Shown here: piece after piece, positions 50,841 through 64,000 of the stretch
Numbering within the stretch: the stretch's first letter is position 1
Layout of the letters: each line of letters starts with the position of its first letter
DNA from: Ostrea edulis
Taxonomy: Eukaryota
Direction of reading: 5' to 3'
Assembly: GCF_947568905.1 (NCBI RefSeq)
Contig: NC_079170.1
Coordinates: 85,870,001 to 85,934,000 of the forward strand
DNA: 64,000 nt
The notes under the pieces: model-generated
The model's input: the letters and a program-made list of their open reading frames with translations, nothing else
Told to the model about the DNA's origin: nothing
The model's database searches: none
Made by a program: the position numbers and the translations under genes

Positions 50841-51599
50841 TGATGAAGTAATTCTAACATGCTGTGTCATTAAAACAAAGAATAAATATTAAACTGAGAA
50901 GAGACATTTTTAGGCCCGACCTTCTAATGAAAGTTTGATGCGGTCGTCCTTTTGAAATAAACATGTGTAACAACGATCAACGAAAGTAATATTTTAATGC
51001 AACATTATTAGAATGTTCAACAGTTTACAATGAAAAGTAGAATTGTTTGTGCATTTGGATTTTATCCACGTGGTTTCGAGACGAGAGGAAATCCTGAGGC
51101 ACTTCAAGGGCTAGTAAGTAAAGCTGTTGAGATTTATTAGGCCTACACTCAATTTGGCTCCAGAGGAAAGAGACTGTGCTTCTGAATACTTGGTACCGCA
51201 GCATGTCGAGCTACTTTGTATTGTACTTGTCCAGTAAGCGGTTGATTCCTCGTCGGTGATAATAAAGGGGACACATTTTTGTTTTCTGATCGTAATTTTT
51301 GAGTAGTTACTGATTTAGTAAGCATTTTTATGACCGGTAACTTCCATTATATATCTGGGGGCAACATCATTTTGATTTTGCTATAAAAGAAATTTTGAAT
51401 AAATACAGAATAACAAGTTATACGCTTCATTTCATGCGTCGATGTGCATAAACACAGAAAATATGTCATCCAAGCGGGAACAGTGTCAAAAGTAGTTCGG
51501 ACCGGAAGTGCTTTATAACGGGCGTGTGATAAAGAACACCACACGTATGAGATAAATAGAGGGACGTCCACTGTAGCGGCAGCATAAGACACTGGCTAT

Positions 51600-52353
51600 A
51601 ATTAACTACCGTCTAAAAAATGAGGAACAGCGGTTCAACTACCTCATGTTATGGGTTGAAGAAAAGGGAAGAAGTATATACTAGTATTCGACCTGGAATT
51701 TGCAAGGTGATGGCAGAAAAAAACATTGTCAGCGTATTTTGATAAGTTTGAACAGTACTGTAAGCAAAAAGGATAACGTGATATATGCTCGGTGGAAGTT
51801 TAAATGGTGATGATGAAACATTTGAACAGTTTTATACTGATCAGAAAGTGTTATTCAATGACTGTAGTTATGATTACGCCATTGAAGATGAAATGTTAGG
51901 GGATCACATAGTGTTGGGAGTGAAGTCAAAGAAATTTCGTGAGAAACTAATAGAAGAAGGATCAGAATTGACCCTACAAAAGTGTACACATATAGTACGT
52001 ACATATGAGCTGTCGCAGAAACAACTCAAAACCATGAACTTAACAAGGGAGGATCCTCATGTGAATATGGTGATGAACAATAGGCAAAATAAACCTCGCA
52101 CATGTAAGGAGAAACAGAAGAAATGTTTCCGCTTTCATGTAAGGATATGTGTCCTTCCATAGGACAAGCATGTAATTTGTGCCAGTAAATGCAAATCTAA
52201 ACGTCAACAATAAGACCAACACAAGAACACCAAGGAACGTCAGAAACAGATCTAGACGACAATCAACATAGTGCAGGATGAATATACCGATGAAGATAGT
52301 ACAAGTGAGGAAAGTGACTGGTTGATTGATTGATTGTATCCTGCTTAACGTCT

Positions 52354-52390
<37 letters not shown>

Positions 52391-54490
52391 AGACCGGTGA
52401 AGGGCTTCAAATTTAGGTTTATGCTCGGCGCTTACGGCCATTGAGTAGGGAGGGGTCTTTATCGTGCCACACCTGCTGTGACACGGGACCTCGGTTTTGC
52501 GGTCTCATCCGAAGGACCGCCCCATTTAGTCGCCTCTTACAACAAGCAAGGAAATACTGAGGATCTATTCTAACCCGGATCCTCAAGGGACGAAAGTGAC
52601 TGGTGGTGCTGGTGGTATATTTATAGGTGTAATACACAATGTGAACTCAGTGACTCCAGAATCTGACTGGACAATGAAGTGTAAAGTGAATAACAAAATT
52701 CATATCATGCATGTGGACACCGGAGTCAATTGTAATGTTGTCAGTCACAGTGTTTTACAAACTCTGAAATTCGAAAAATCGATACAGAAATCGAGCGCCA
52801 TGTTGACGAGCTTCAGTGGACATACCATGAAATCCAAAGGACGCGTTGAGATACCATGCACATTTAATATGGAAGCTTTCAACATTCCATTTGCAGAATT
52901 CCGGAAACGCGCCGGTCCACCGGGCATCCCCGGTAAATTTTGAATGGGACCAGTAAAATCTAAATTTTATCGGTCAAAATGTCCGGCAGTTTTTATAGAC
53001 TGTATTAAAATGAAGAAAATATCTAACAAAACATTTAATTTAGTTATATTTTTTTCAAATGATTTGAGGTGGTAGTAGTTAAAACACCTACCATACTTGG
53101 ATCACATTCAAGCCAGGAGATTGGACTAGTACAAAAACTGTTTTGTGTGTCACAGTCAACTATTGACACTTATGAGAACCTCACATAACAGTTCATACAG
53201 AAGAACTATTCAGATTTATTCCTCGGAATTGGCTGTTTACCAGGTAAACACACAATACACCTAACGGAAAACGTACAACCAGTCGTATATCCACTTAGAC
53301 GCATACCTGTAACCCTTCGCCAAAAGGTCAGGACAAACTCAAATCAATGGAACAGGAAGGAATCATTGTTCGACAATCTGAGCTTAGTGACGGTTATAAA
53401 ACCTAATGGTTAAGTTAGATTTTGCCTTGATCCTAAAGATCTCAATTGCAATTCAGCTATGAAGCGACCTCTTTATCCAATGCTCACTATTGATGAAATA
53501 GTTTCTCGTATGCCAAATCTCAAATTTTTCTCCAAGTTGGATGCAATTTCTGGATTCAATTGGATGAAGAAAGTTCTAAGCTATGCACATTGGGAAGGCT
53601 TAGATTCTTGGGAATATCATTTGGTCTGAACTGTGCTTCAGAAATATACCAAAGTATGATGTCACGAAAGGTGGAAGATATCGAAGGTGCTGAAGCTATT
53701 GTAGATGGCATCCTTATATGGGGTAGAACTCTCAAGGAACATGATCAAAGACTGAAGAAAGGTTTTAATAGAACCAGCGAATAAAATCTGAAATTTTGCT
53801 CGGACAAATGTGAATTCCGCAAACAGGAAATAACCTATGTTGTCCACGTTTTTAATAGTAGTGAAGGACTGAAAGCAGGACCCAGAGAAAATTCAAGAAA
53901 TGATAGCGCAAAATAACAGAAAGGAACTGGAAAAATTCATGGTATTCATTCAATATCTCACCAAATTCCTACTCAATCTATCTCAGGAATCCGCACTATT
54001 ACGACAGTTACTATCAAACGAAGTGTCATGGCATTGGAATGGAGGCAAACAGCAAAGTTTCCAAAAGCTGAAGGAGATGGTGACAAAAACTCCAGTGCTA
54101 ACATACTTTGATCCAGAGAAACCAGTTCTACTTCCCGTGGACAGCAGTTCAACTGAACTTGGAGCTGTAATTATTCAAAGTGGCAAACCTGTTGCTTTAT
54201 TATGGATCAAGAGCTTTCACATAACACAACAAAAATTCTCTCAGTAAGAAAAAGAGACATTGGCTATAGTTTACGGTTGTCAGAAATTTCATCAATATGT
54301 TTATTGAGGAAGAATTCAAGCAGAAACTGACCATAAACCTCTACAATAAATTTTCCATAAAACATTACAAAAACTCCCAGCTCGTCTGCAGAAGATGGTC
54401 TTTACATTACAATGTTACGACTTGGACGTTACATACAAACCTGGAAGTGACAGTTGTACTTGCTGATCACCTCTCCACGCGAGTATGTTA
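51600..54490 (+). mobile_element. Decayed Ty3/Gypsy gag-pol, ending before integrase
   Basis: gag (DHIVLGVKSKKFREKLIEEGSELTL), protease VDTGVNCNV, RT (LDPKDLN, FSKLDAISG, FGLNCASEIYQ, AIVDGILIWG), RNase H (YFDPEKPVLLPVDSS..GAVIIQSGKPVA, EKETLAIVYGCQKFHQY). Many stops and frameshifts. Confidence 0.9.
52323..52591 (-). mobile_element. Full-length SINE family A copy with 13-bp TSD, inserted in the Gypsy element
   Basis: TSD GAAAGTGACTGGT at 52310-52322 and 52592-52604. Confidence 0.9.
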
Positions 54491-55316
54491 AGGCAGGTCA
54501 TGCTCCATTTATGCACGTAAACTGCATAATTTTTAAAAACTGTCCTACACAGAGAGAGGGAGCTACTAATCTTTAAAAACTATTTTGGTTGTTTACATGA
54601 GAACATTTTGTATCATAACAACATGGCAAACATGCACTTCCGTATGACGTCATTGCATGACTGTTATAAATTCATCATGGATATACCTCAGTAGAAAAAG
54701 GATAGGTAGCACACTACCCCAGGATTTAAATATTGGTCTAACTGGCGATAATGACGGTAAAACACCCATAGTTTATCAGAATTACTGATAGAATCCTTCC
54801 ACTTTCAGTAAGAAATAATTATTAAACATTTAAAGACGAAACCATCTAGGCCATGTTTTACATTTTGCACTGATGCTATGCAGTTTTCTTTTAAAGGTTT
54901 CTTAACAGACGATTCCATCAGTAATTTCCGTGTACATTAGTTTATGACCTTTCACACAGTGTATAAAAAGTCCCTAAAAGTGTGCGGCGTAGTGTGTTAC
55001 TTTGCAGTTTTGTTTCAGTGTGTGACAAAGGAAAATCGGATCGACATGCTAAATGGAATGTTTTCCCCGTTAAACAAAGTTGTCAATGAATGAAATCAAC
55101 ATACCTTCATAATATCAATAAATTCTCAGCGTTTCACATATATATCCCATGTTACATGTATATATTTCAAATACTCCACATTTTGTCGATATTTACATGT
55201 ACACGACACACTTTAACAATACTTTCAATTTCCATTACCGAGCTCTTCAATTTGAAGGCGCGTTTAGTAGCGTTATCTGGGACAAGCGTCATATCGCGTC
55301 ACGTAAGTTGTCAACG

Positions 55317-58300
55317 ATGGCGTCGAACTATCACGGATTGCAGTGCGCAGACCTGAAACAAATACTCAAATCGAAAGGTATTCCCTTTTCAAACAAAAAT
55401 AAACAAGATCTTGTTGACTTGTGTGAAAGTGCGGATGCTCTTGATTTACCACAAATCAATCTTGACGATGTGAAGGCCTCAGTCAAGAGATGGACTGTTC
55501 GCGGGATAACGTTCCCACAGCCTAATGACAAGGATTCTGACATCGTCTGGACACCCAATCTCGCTAACATTCCTTCAGTCGACACCTTCGATGTTACGAG
55601 TTTTCTGCAGAATTACTGTGGGTGGTCTGCAGAACGCATACGGAGAAGAAAATCCGACAATGGGTATAAACTACATTGTTCCGGCCACATCCATGATGTT
55701 ACAATGGCAGTATTAGGTAGTACTACTACTTACATAAAATTTATGCTTCACTATAATTACATCGCTTAAAATTATTCAGCAGAAATTATTTTCATTCAAA
55801 GTGAGGTTTTAGTTTTTAGTAGAATTATAATCTACTGTGAAATATTCATAAATTTACCAGAGATCCATGAAGTACTAGGCCTACAATGTACCTGATGATT
55901 GATACATGCATGTATATGAAATCAAATTTAGAGAGCTTTAGCTTTAAGAAATCAATGAGCTGTAAAATTTCGTGGTGTGATTTAATTTTCTTTCAAAGGG
56001 CAAACGACTTGCCCCTCATGTAATGATACATGTACCATTGATTAATGAACAAATATATTTTTTGTTTGAGATGTATGTGAATTTATTGCAATCTTAATTT
56101 TGTATATACTGACAGATATGTACAAAACTTAATTTTTGTCTGTCATTTCATTTGAACAGGACCGAAACCAGCTGGACTGGTTTGATACTGGGATTGAACC
56201 AAGATCTTTTGAATATTAAGGAGAAAATGTGGAAATTACTCAGCTACCTGTCAGTTCCTGGAGCATGTCATGGTACCAAATATGAACATGTGAATTAATA
56301 TATCTGATACAAACCATAATCAAGTTGAGACATTATCCCAAATCCAGTAGTGCTCACAAGTTCTAAAGAGATTTTGCTAATAGTCAATGTGCTACTAGTA
56401 GCACTGGTAAACCCCTAACCATTACACAAGATTTTGTCTGACCAGCTGGACTGGCTAGTACAGAGTCATTATTTATTTAGATGTGCCGGCCATAATCAAG
56501 TTATTATTGAAATGTTGCATGATTCAATATTTAACCATCCAAAATACATTTCAGCAATGCAAATTCAATCAGTCAGCCACATAATCAAAGATTGCTGTTA
56601 GACGAATTAAAATTAATTACTAGATTATCATCCCCGCCCGCCCCTCAAAAAAGCCCAATCTGATTTTTTTTTCACAAAAATTACAATTTCAAACAAACTT
56701 GCTTCCCAGTAACATGAGTGAATAATTAAAGTCAAAGAATGTTGGTTTTATATACTCTACCAAGGATACTGTGGATGTTAACTTGATTAACACTTTGTGT
56801 GATGTCTTTTGTCATTAATTTTTTTTTCTCCTCGGGGTAACAAAAATAAAAAAAAAAATCCTCCCACCCGCCCCATATTTTTTTGTGACCCCGGATGATA
56901 ATCTACTACTTAAGTTGAATTGTCCTTAGAACAAATAATAATTAATGTGTAAATCAAAGAAAATGAATTAACATAAAATACTGTTAATCTTCAGATTTCT
57001 AACATTTTAATCTAGCAGTCTGCTTGGATCTATTGAGTCAAATTTCAGTCAGTCTGCAAAGAACTTGTGAACATTTTAATTTTATGTCCCAATATGTATG
57101 TTATTATGTATTTGAAAAATCATATAGCTTAAAGATTCCACTTATATTCCAGGAAATGATCTGTGTTTCATCAAGGGCAGATGTGTTCCCGAAACAAGGC
57201 AGTCCAGTGAACCTTATTCCCCATGGATTCTTGTTGAGAATTCAGGACACATTTTTTCAGCTGAATGTACATGTGTTGCGTAAGTTAATTAACATATACC
57301 TATAGTGGTGCATGTATATTGCATCAGAAATGAACACTATAATTATTTTGTTACTGGGCTGAGTATTTTTGTCTCATAAGACTTTAACTCCAGTCCAATA
57401 TTGAAGTATGTGAAATATGAAAACTATTTATAATCTTAAACAGGGGGAATGGATCATGCAAACATGTCGTTGCCCTACTATTTGGCATTATCGATCATGT
57501 TATATCCATGGAAGACAGAAGTACCATAGGAGTGACTGATACTGCAGCATATTGGGACAAACCTAGAAAAGTTTGCAGGCCAATAGCTGTTAATGACTTG
57601 GATATCAAGTAAAAGAAATATTAAATATTGTCTTTTAAATATTCAGTCTGACTAAATTTAGTTGTTGTCGTTTCAATTTAATTAGATCTTAATTTTCTTC
57701 AATGTTCAATTTTATATACATGTACATAATTCAATTGTATACAGTCTCCATTTCTGAAATACATTCTGAATTTGTGGAAATTAAAACCCTTTTTCAAAAC
57801 TCCACATAAATCCAGTATTTTCAAAATTCTAGATGGAACCCCACACCTCTAAAATTTGAAGAAGAAAAAAAATCAAGTTTAGAGAACAATATTAAAATTG
57901 AATGTCAACATTTAGAATGATAAATAGATATGCAATTTACAATGCATATTGTTTCAGTTTTTACTTATATATTAGACCTTATTCAATTGCAGGTTTGATA
58001 CGAATCTACCCGATAAGGCACGCCCATCTGTGGATTCTGGCTATCTACCCCTGAAATCGGCAACACTGGATCAAAGGGCAATAGAGAAAGGCATCATGGA
58101 AGTCTTAAAGCAAAGCCAGACAGCTGCAGTGGCATTATATACTCTGTCTGATTCTGACAGCGAAAGTGATGTGTCAATGTTGGTTGAAGATACTCCTCTT
58201 AACATCTTGAACTTTTGGCCAAACATGGGCAAGAGAATCTCAGCATTGAAGATTCTTACATAAATCAAGTTAGGGAACTAACATGGGGCCAATCAAATAA

Positions 58301-58913
58301 CTTGATGTGGCATTATCAAAGGAAAGGTAGACTAACTGCATCTAACTTTTACAGTGCATTTCATTACAGAGGCAACAGCACAGAAAATTACATTGTAAAG
58401 AGTATCTTGGGAAAATACCAATTTGCTTCGAAGTCTGTTGAATATGGGAAGTCACAAGAACCTGTTGCCAGAGGAAAGTACATTGAGTACATGTCCAGTC
58501 GGCATCCATCATTTCAGTGTTCTGAGACAGGTATATTTGTGTACAAGGACTTTCCTTACCTTGCCGCTTCCCCAGATGGTGTTACAGAATGTAAATGTTG
58601 TGGAAAAGGACTGTTGGAAATCAAATGTCCATTCAGTTTTCAGAATGAAATTTCTCAGGTTGCTATGTCAAAAAATTCATCTTGTATTTCAGCTCATGGC
58701 AAATATGAATTGAAAAAAAATTTGTCCTCTCCATATTATGTCCAGATGCTTGGTCAAATGGCAATAGGAAATTTTTCATTTTGTGATTTTGTCTTATATA
58801 CAAAGAAAGATATTCATGTTGAAAGAGTTCACTATTCAAGTGCAGATTGGGAATTGCTGTCAGACAAACTGAAGAGTTTTTATACATGCTTTGTCCTGCC
58901 AAACTTGGTTTAG
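55317..58913 (+). CDS. ISL2EU-type accessory gene: SAP-like domain, SWIM zinc finger, YqaJ (lambda-exonuclease-family) nuclease; one frameshift
   Basis: In-phase exons 55317-55716 (LKQILKSKGIPFSNKNKQDLVDLC), 57153-57279 (PWILV..AECTCVA), 57444-57608 (GSCKHVVALLF) and 57993-58913 (GQSNNLMW..GRLTASNF, LAASPDG, CCGKGLLEIKCP, YYVQMLGQM). A T5->T4 slip near 58213. Confidence 0.85.
56621..56905. mobile_element. MITE with TAGATTATCATCC TIRs in intron 1 of the YqaJ gene
   Basis: TAGATTATCATCC ... GGATGATAATCTA. Confidence 0.65.
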
Positions 58914-60169
58914 ATGAAACCAGTTGCATACATGTTATACTTTGTATATATAGATTTCTTTTGACAAAACCTTTTTTTTCATATACCATGCATTCTTGAC
59001 CTTGTGACCTTCACCTTCTCCAGAACAAGATTAATTTAGTCATATTGGTATCAAATCATCCCCATGTTTTTGAATTCAAGTTCAGTTATGTCATGACCCT
59101 TTTGGGTCCAAATTTTTTATGGGAATAAAAATTGATAAATTATGTAAGATATCAAAAAGAAAATCAATTCAAAGTTAATTTAAGTAATCATATTTCATCT
59201 TGTGACCATGTTGAAACATACTTTCTTATAAAACCTGACTGAATAAATAGTTTTCACAAAGACCATTAAGATTGCAAACAGGCATAGTGAAAGTTTTTAA
59301 GTAATTCAACCAAACCTCAGTTAGATTTTGATAGACACAGCTTGTCATATGTTTCAAAATACTAATACTTAATTGCATATTCATTTAAGAATTATCATAT
59401 ATGTTTTAATATTGATATTATCATTAGTTTTAGTACAGTGTATGCATGCATATGTTGAAATATGAATTTCTCAGGGGGGTTTTCACTGCACTGTGCATGC
59501 TGCTTGTTATTCCTTAAGCATGTTGCTTTTTATTCAAGATTCTGAACAATGTGACACAGGTCCATACAAAGGAAATGTAATTAAAAATTGAAGTTTTTAC
59601 ACAAGTTGTTTGATGAATTTATTAATGTGCATTGTGCATGTACTTAATGAGAATCACTATTTCAATGAACACATTTGAACAAACAATCAATGTTTCAATA
59701 AAGATTACTTTCCAAAGATAATGATGTATCATATTCATAAAATACAATTCCTAGATTTTGTAGTACATACATTTGCATACTGTAAATGTCACTGCTATGA
59801 GAAAAGTGAACTTTAAAGCAATATTAGCTGTAATAATTAGGTGTTGAAAACTTTTGTTGAAAAATTATGGTTTATACTTCTTTAAAAAATTCAACTTGCA
59901 TTACAAAAATTATTCAGAAGTTCAGAATGAAACAAAATTACTTTATTGTCTCCCAATACAAAATTTTGTTTAATGTCAAAGCTACATATTCAATAGAACC
60001 AGGATCTTTATTTTGACTTAGTTTCAATTTTACCAAGAATAATACATGAAGTAGAAATTACAGACAAAACTATTAAAATAATATATTTTTACAACTGTAC
60101 AACTTAAAATTTTGAGATTTAGAGCTAATATTGCTTTAATATATATAGTGTCACATGATAAACAATGTT

Positions 60170-63100
60170 CTATTTAAATTTCTTTGACAGAGGTGGCAGA
60201 AAGTTACAAAAAGCTGCAGCTACTCGCAACATTGCAGATGACAAATTTTTCATGTTAAGGGGTAGAATTCCTCCCAACATTTTGAAAGATTTTAGTCTTC
60301 TAATAGCTCGCTCCACATGAATACGAAGTGAGGCAATCTTGCGAGTCTCAAGAATTTGCTTTGAAGTTAGCACCCTTCCTTTGCCATTTCTTTTTTCATG
60401 TGTAAAAGGTGACATGTTCAAGTATGCACCTTTCAAAGTAAGAAGGTCTCGTATCTGGAATCCCCTGTCAGCCATCACTTCATCCCCTGGAGAAATGTGA
60501 TTAAGATATTTGCTCTCAATTGTAATTTTTCTGTCACTGATATTGCCACTCCAGAATTTTGATACAAAAGTAAATGCCCCATTGGGCTGTATAGCAACCA
60601 GAGCTTTAAGGGTGTTATGAGACTTGTAATTACTCCATGTGCTTGCTTGAGCTGAACAATTTTTGGGTTTTTGGATGAAGACTTCTGTACAGTCAATTAT
60701 TGAAGTTGTTTTGGGATACTTGAGTTTAAATGATAATGGCATGTGTTTCCTGACCTTTTCACTTGCCGGCCACTTAACTACAGAGTCTAGAATTTGAGCT
60801 AAAAAATTTTATCCAGGTGCTAAAAGGGTTGAAACATGCCCAACAGAAACACCAAACAGCACAGCAAGAGTTGAATTATCTAATCCCAGTCTTAATTTCA
60901 ACATTACTATAACAAATTCCTCTTTCATAGATAGTTTTCTCTGTCTACCTGGTTTATTTTGCTGTTTTTCTTGCCATTTCTTGGATCCTGACCTCCCAGC
61001 CCCTTTCCAAAATGAAACCTTGTCATAAAATACTGCAAGGAATTGCAAAAAGAATGTAAGAAAACTAAGAGGGGGTAACCCTAGAAAATGCTTGATGTTT
61101 TTGTCATCTTGAAGTACATTGTTGAGAAGTTCCTTCCGGAAATCAACTTCACGGGATTTTAGGATTTCATTCTCTTTTCTCAGTTCTTTGTTTTCTACTT
61201 CAAGTTCTCCGCATTTAACCTGGAATAAATTCAATCACCACATTCACAATATATAGATTGTGGAGTGAATGATCAGTGTGGTGGATACAGAGACAATCCC
61301 CCACCCACCCCATTTATTCCCTAAATGTGTAGTAATCCACACTATACATTATTATCACAAATAATTATGATCTTTTTAAACTTGTGCATGAATATTTATT
61401 GCACTTATCAAGAGATTTAAGTAATTTTCAAATATATTAAATGCATGTACTATATTAAGAATATATACAACCGGTACCAATCAGGGTTTTATCCAGCTTT
61501 TAGATGCTAGGCCTACTACCCATTTCATATTTAAAGGGAATTTTTTAAAATGAAGTCATGAGCTTCCTTGGGAGGGGGTTGGGTTGGGGGACAATCCTCA
61601 GATTATATCTCAAAACAGGCATACAAATTGATTGATTACTTGCAATACTTTGATAATTAAAGAAAGTGATTAATAATAATATATAAAGATGATTTTTGTT
61701 GAAATTCTCATACAATTTTGTGTAGTTTCAGAAACTTTCTACAAATGAAGGTAAATTTTACCTGTGGAAGGGGAAATACTTATTTGATCAATGTCAAAGG
61801 GGGAAAGGTATTGAATAAATATTGCTTGAATTAAAAATTTCTGGATCCACCACTAATAATCCAAGTGAACAAAAATAGAAGAGCAGTAAAGAAATAAAAT
61901 TGGCACAATATATTTATGCTGATGACTTATGTTTTTACTTTGCCAGGACTAACTTGCCTCTAAAAGTCTTATTCTTTCTATAAGGCCTTGCTCTCTACAG
62001 TACTTCATCTCAGGATTACAGCATATGTAGGAATGGTCATGGTGTAAAGTTTGGCATTGAACAACATCTAGAAAAAATATCCCAGATTTGAATAAATTAA
62101 ATTTATATTAACAGCAATTTTTTACAATTACGTTTGACAAAAGTAATTAATGACAATTATTTATTTGCACAATCACAATAACAACTAATGGCTAAGGCAC
62201 ATATATTATAATAGCTAGATTATACAAAAGAAACAATATTATTCAAAATAAAATGAGTGATTTGAATGTATGAATATGGCACCAGACAAAATCATGTTAT
62301 ATCACACTGCATATAAGGTGTACATGATATTAATTAAATGACACCAATATTTAACTAATTTCAATATTTTATAGCCAAAACAATTCATATACAATAATAT
62401 ACACACATTGTATACGATGATATGAATCTTATCAATACTTAAGGAATTTTTGCAGTTGCATTTTTTAATGATGAGTGTTTCAATCCTGGGTTTGGGGGAC
62501 CATCATTGTTCAAAGTGTTTCAAAATACCTGCCATCACTGATGTTTTGATTCAGTTGGGGTGTTTTGGATTGGTGTTTTGTTAAGATTACTATTTATTAT
62601 CAGTGTGTCTCTGCCTCAATAGGTTTAACCATACATTCACCATCTGGGGATATATACTGGCCACCCAGGTGAGGTGTCCATGAGTAGCCACTTTACCAAT
62701 TAACATATATTGATGGGGTATAATTATTTGTAATATATCTAATATCACACAGTACATGAGTATTACTTCTTCTATGAATACTTTGTTTCAATCATCAATG
62801 ACTTCTGTAATGTCTCCATGAAGTTACATTTATTTAGATTACTTATTTATAAGCAAATTTGAATTGAATAAACAAGATGGAAAAAAATGGTAATTTTTCA
62901 GTTTAATTAATTAACTCACAGTGACTTGTAATTGGGAAAATGCTCCATTACACATTATTTTCAATTATGTGAAAATTTGTAATTATCAACTAATTACACA
63001 CTCAATTAAAATTACTTTTTTCAATTGCCCCATCCCTACTTAGTATCATAAACATGCACGTAATAAATGTTGAACAAACCTGTTTGAATCTCGTTGTTGT

Positions 63101-63520
63101 TGTCAATTGTTAATGGAATGTCTATTTATCCTGCAACATACGGATAGCATATCTTACTTTTGTCCGTGGATGAATCGCATTTCACAATTTTGATTCTTTT
63201 GTTTTCTGAATGTTCTTGAGTTTCGCTGGTTTTTCTGCCTAAGTGGGAGTTCTTGGTGTAGCCATTTTATAATTATTATAGGCAAACATAGTGGGATAGG
63301 GGTTATTTGGAGTTGGTTTTCCATCGATAAAATGCTTGGAACAGACGACCTAATGCCGATTATCGGCTTTACTGTCTACAGACAATCCCTCTCTCCTCAC
63401 CAAACGCAGCCACTTCTTCAATTCACTCTCCACCTTGAGTAGCTGGTAAAAACTGACATCGTTGCTTGACGTTCTACTATCAGTAGTACAACCGACAGCA
63501 ATGCAATGTCGCGCAGGCAT
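60170..63520 (-). CDS. ISL2EU/Harbinger-type THAP-HTH-DDE transposase (spliced, with a few lesions)
   Basis: THAP exon from ATG at 63520 (CIAVGC..W..R..VCSKHF..P..F; TAG at 63350-63352). An exon near 61950-62067 has a DHSY motif. Last exon 60170-61219 has a coiled coil, EFVIVMLKLRLGL, IIDCTE, WSNYKSHNTLK, MADRGF and RIHVERAI. A T5->T4 slip near 60825. Confidence 0.88.
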
Positions 63521-64000
63521 AGCGTCTTTGACAACTGTAGCGTCTTTGACAACTGTTTGTCCGGAAAATCTCGCGAGACTTACGCGGTTTCTCTCTCCTT
63601 ATATCGAAGAACGATCAAAGAGCGATAACTCTTTAAAGGAGGAAATCGAAAGTATTCTTTACATGTGTCAACGTTACTCCGTGTATAGTTATGACGTCAT
63701 CAGTTTACTTTCATATTGATCAGACAGAAATTACACGACAGCAGTATAACATTTCATATTTCTTTGGATCTTAGCAGCTTTGGCTAAACAATATTTTCTA
63801 TCATATAAACATGTGCACTATCAAGACATATCTATGGTTTGTGCAAGCTAAGCGTGATATTTACGTGAACAAAACCCTGATTAAAAACAGTTAATATATG
63901 CCAAAGTAGCGGCATTAGAATAAGTAATGCCGGCTTGTGATTTCCATGGAAATAGGACTGCTTCAATTTAATGTAAATAGGATTTTTTTTTATCACAAAT

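Noticed and set aside
63462-63719. 85-aa plus-strand ORF
   Set aside because: Overlaps the transposase start and promoter antisense; no motif.

Overview
AT-rich, intron-containing animal genomic DNA, most likely a bivalve (oyster-like, inferred from repeat and gene families), not a prokaryote. There is one assembly gap (25073-25209). I reconstructed three host genes by hand, all on the minus strand. (1) The 5' 15 coding exons of cytoplasmic isoleucyl-tRNA synthetase (10266->1439, continuing beyond the left edge). (2) A two-exon GT11 alpha-1,2-fucosyltransferase (24787->22822). (3) An 8-exon, ~494-aa type I membrane receptor not evident from the ORF track (49168->33127): signal peptide, Cys-rich domain, three TSP1 repeats, TM helix and an 11-Tyr cytoplasmic tail. 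The rest is mobile DNA: two ISL2EU/Harbinger-type elements with convergent THAP-DDE transposase and YqaJ-exonuclease genes (one nearly intact), a decayed Gypsy element with 5' LTR and tRNA-Leu PBS, a split mariner, about 13 Penelope-like fragments, one minimal hammerhead ribozyme, a SINE-like family with a non-tRNA structured head, many MITEs (P-, MULE-, Tc1-, hAT-, Kolobok-like) and several minisatellites. The most notable observations are the receptor with a duplicated Cys-shuffled TSP1 exon, tandemly duplicated splice donors behind two consecutive IARS exons, the near-intact ISL2EU element, and the structured RNA candidates. All translations and splice models were done by eye; no database search was run.
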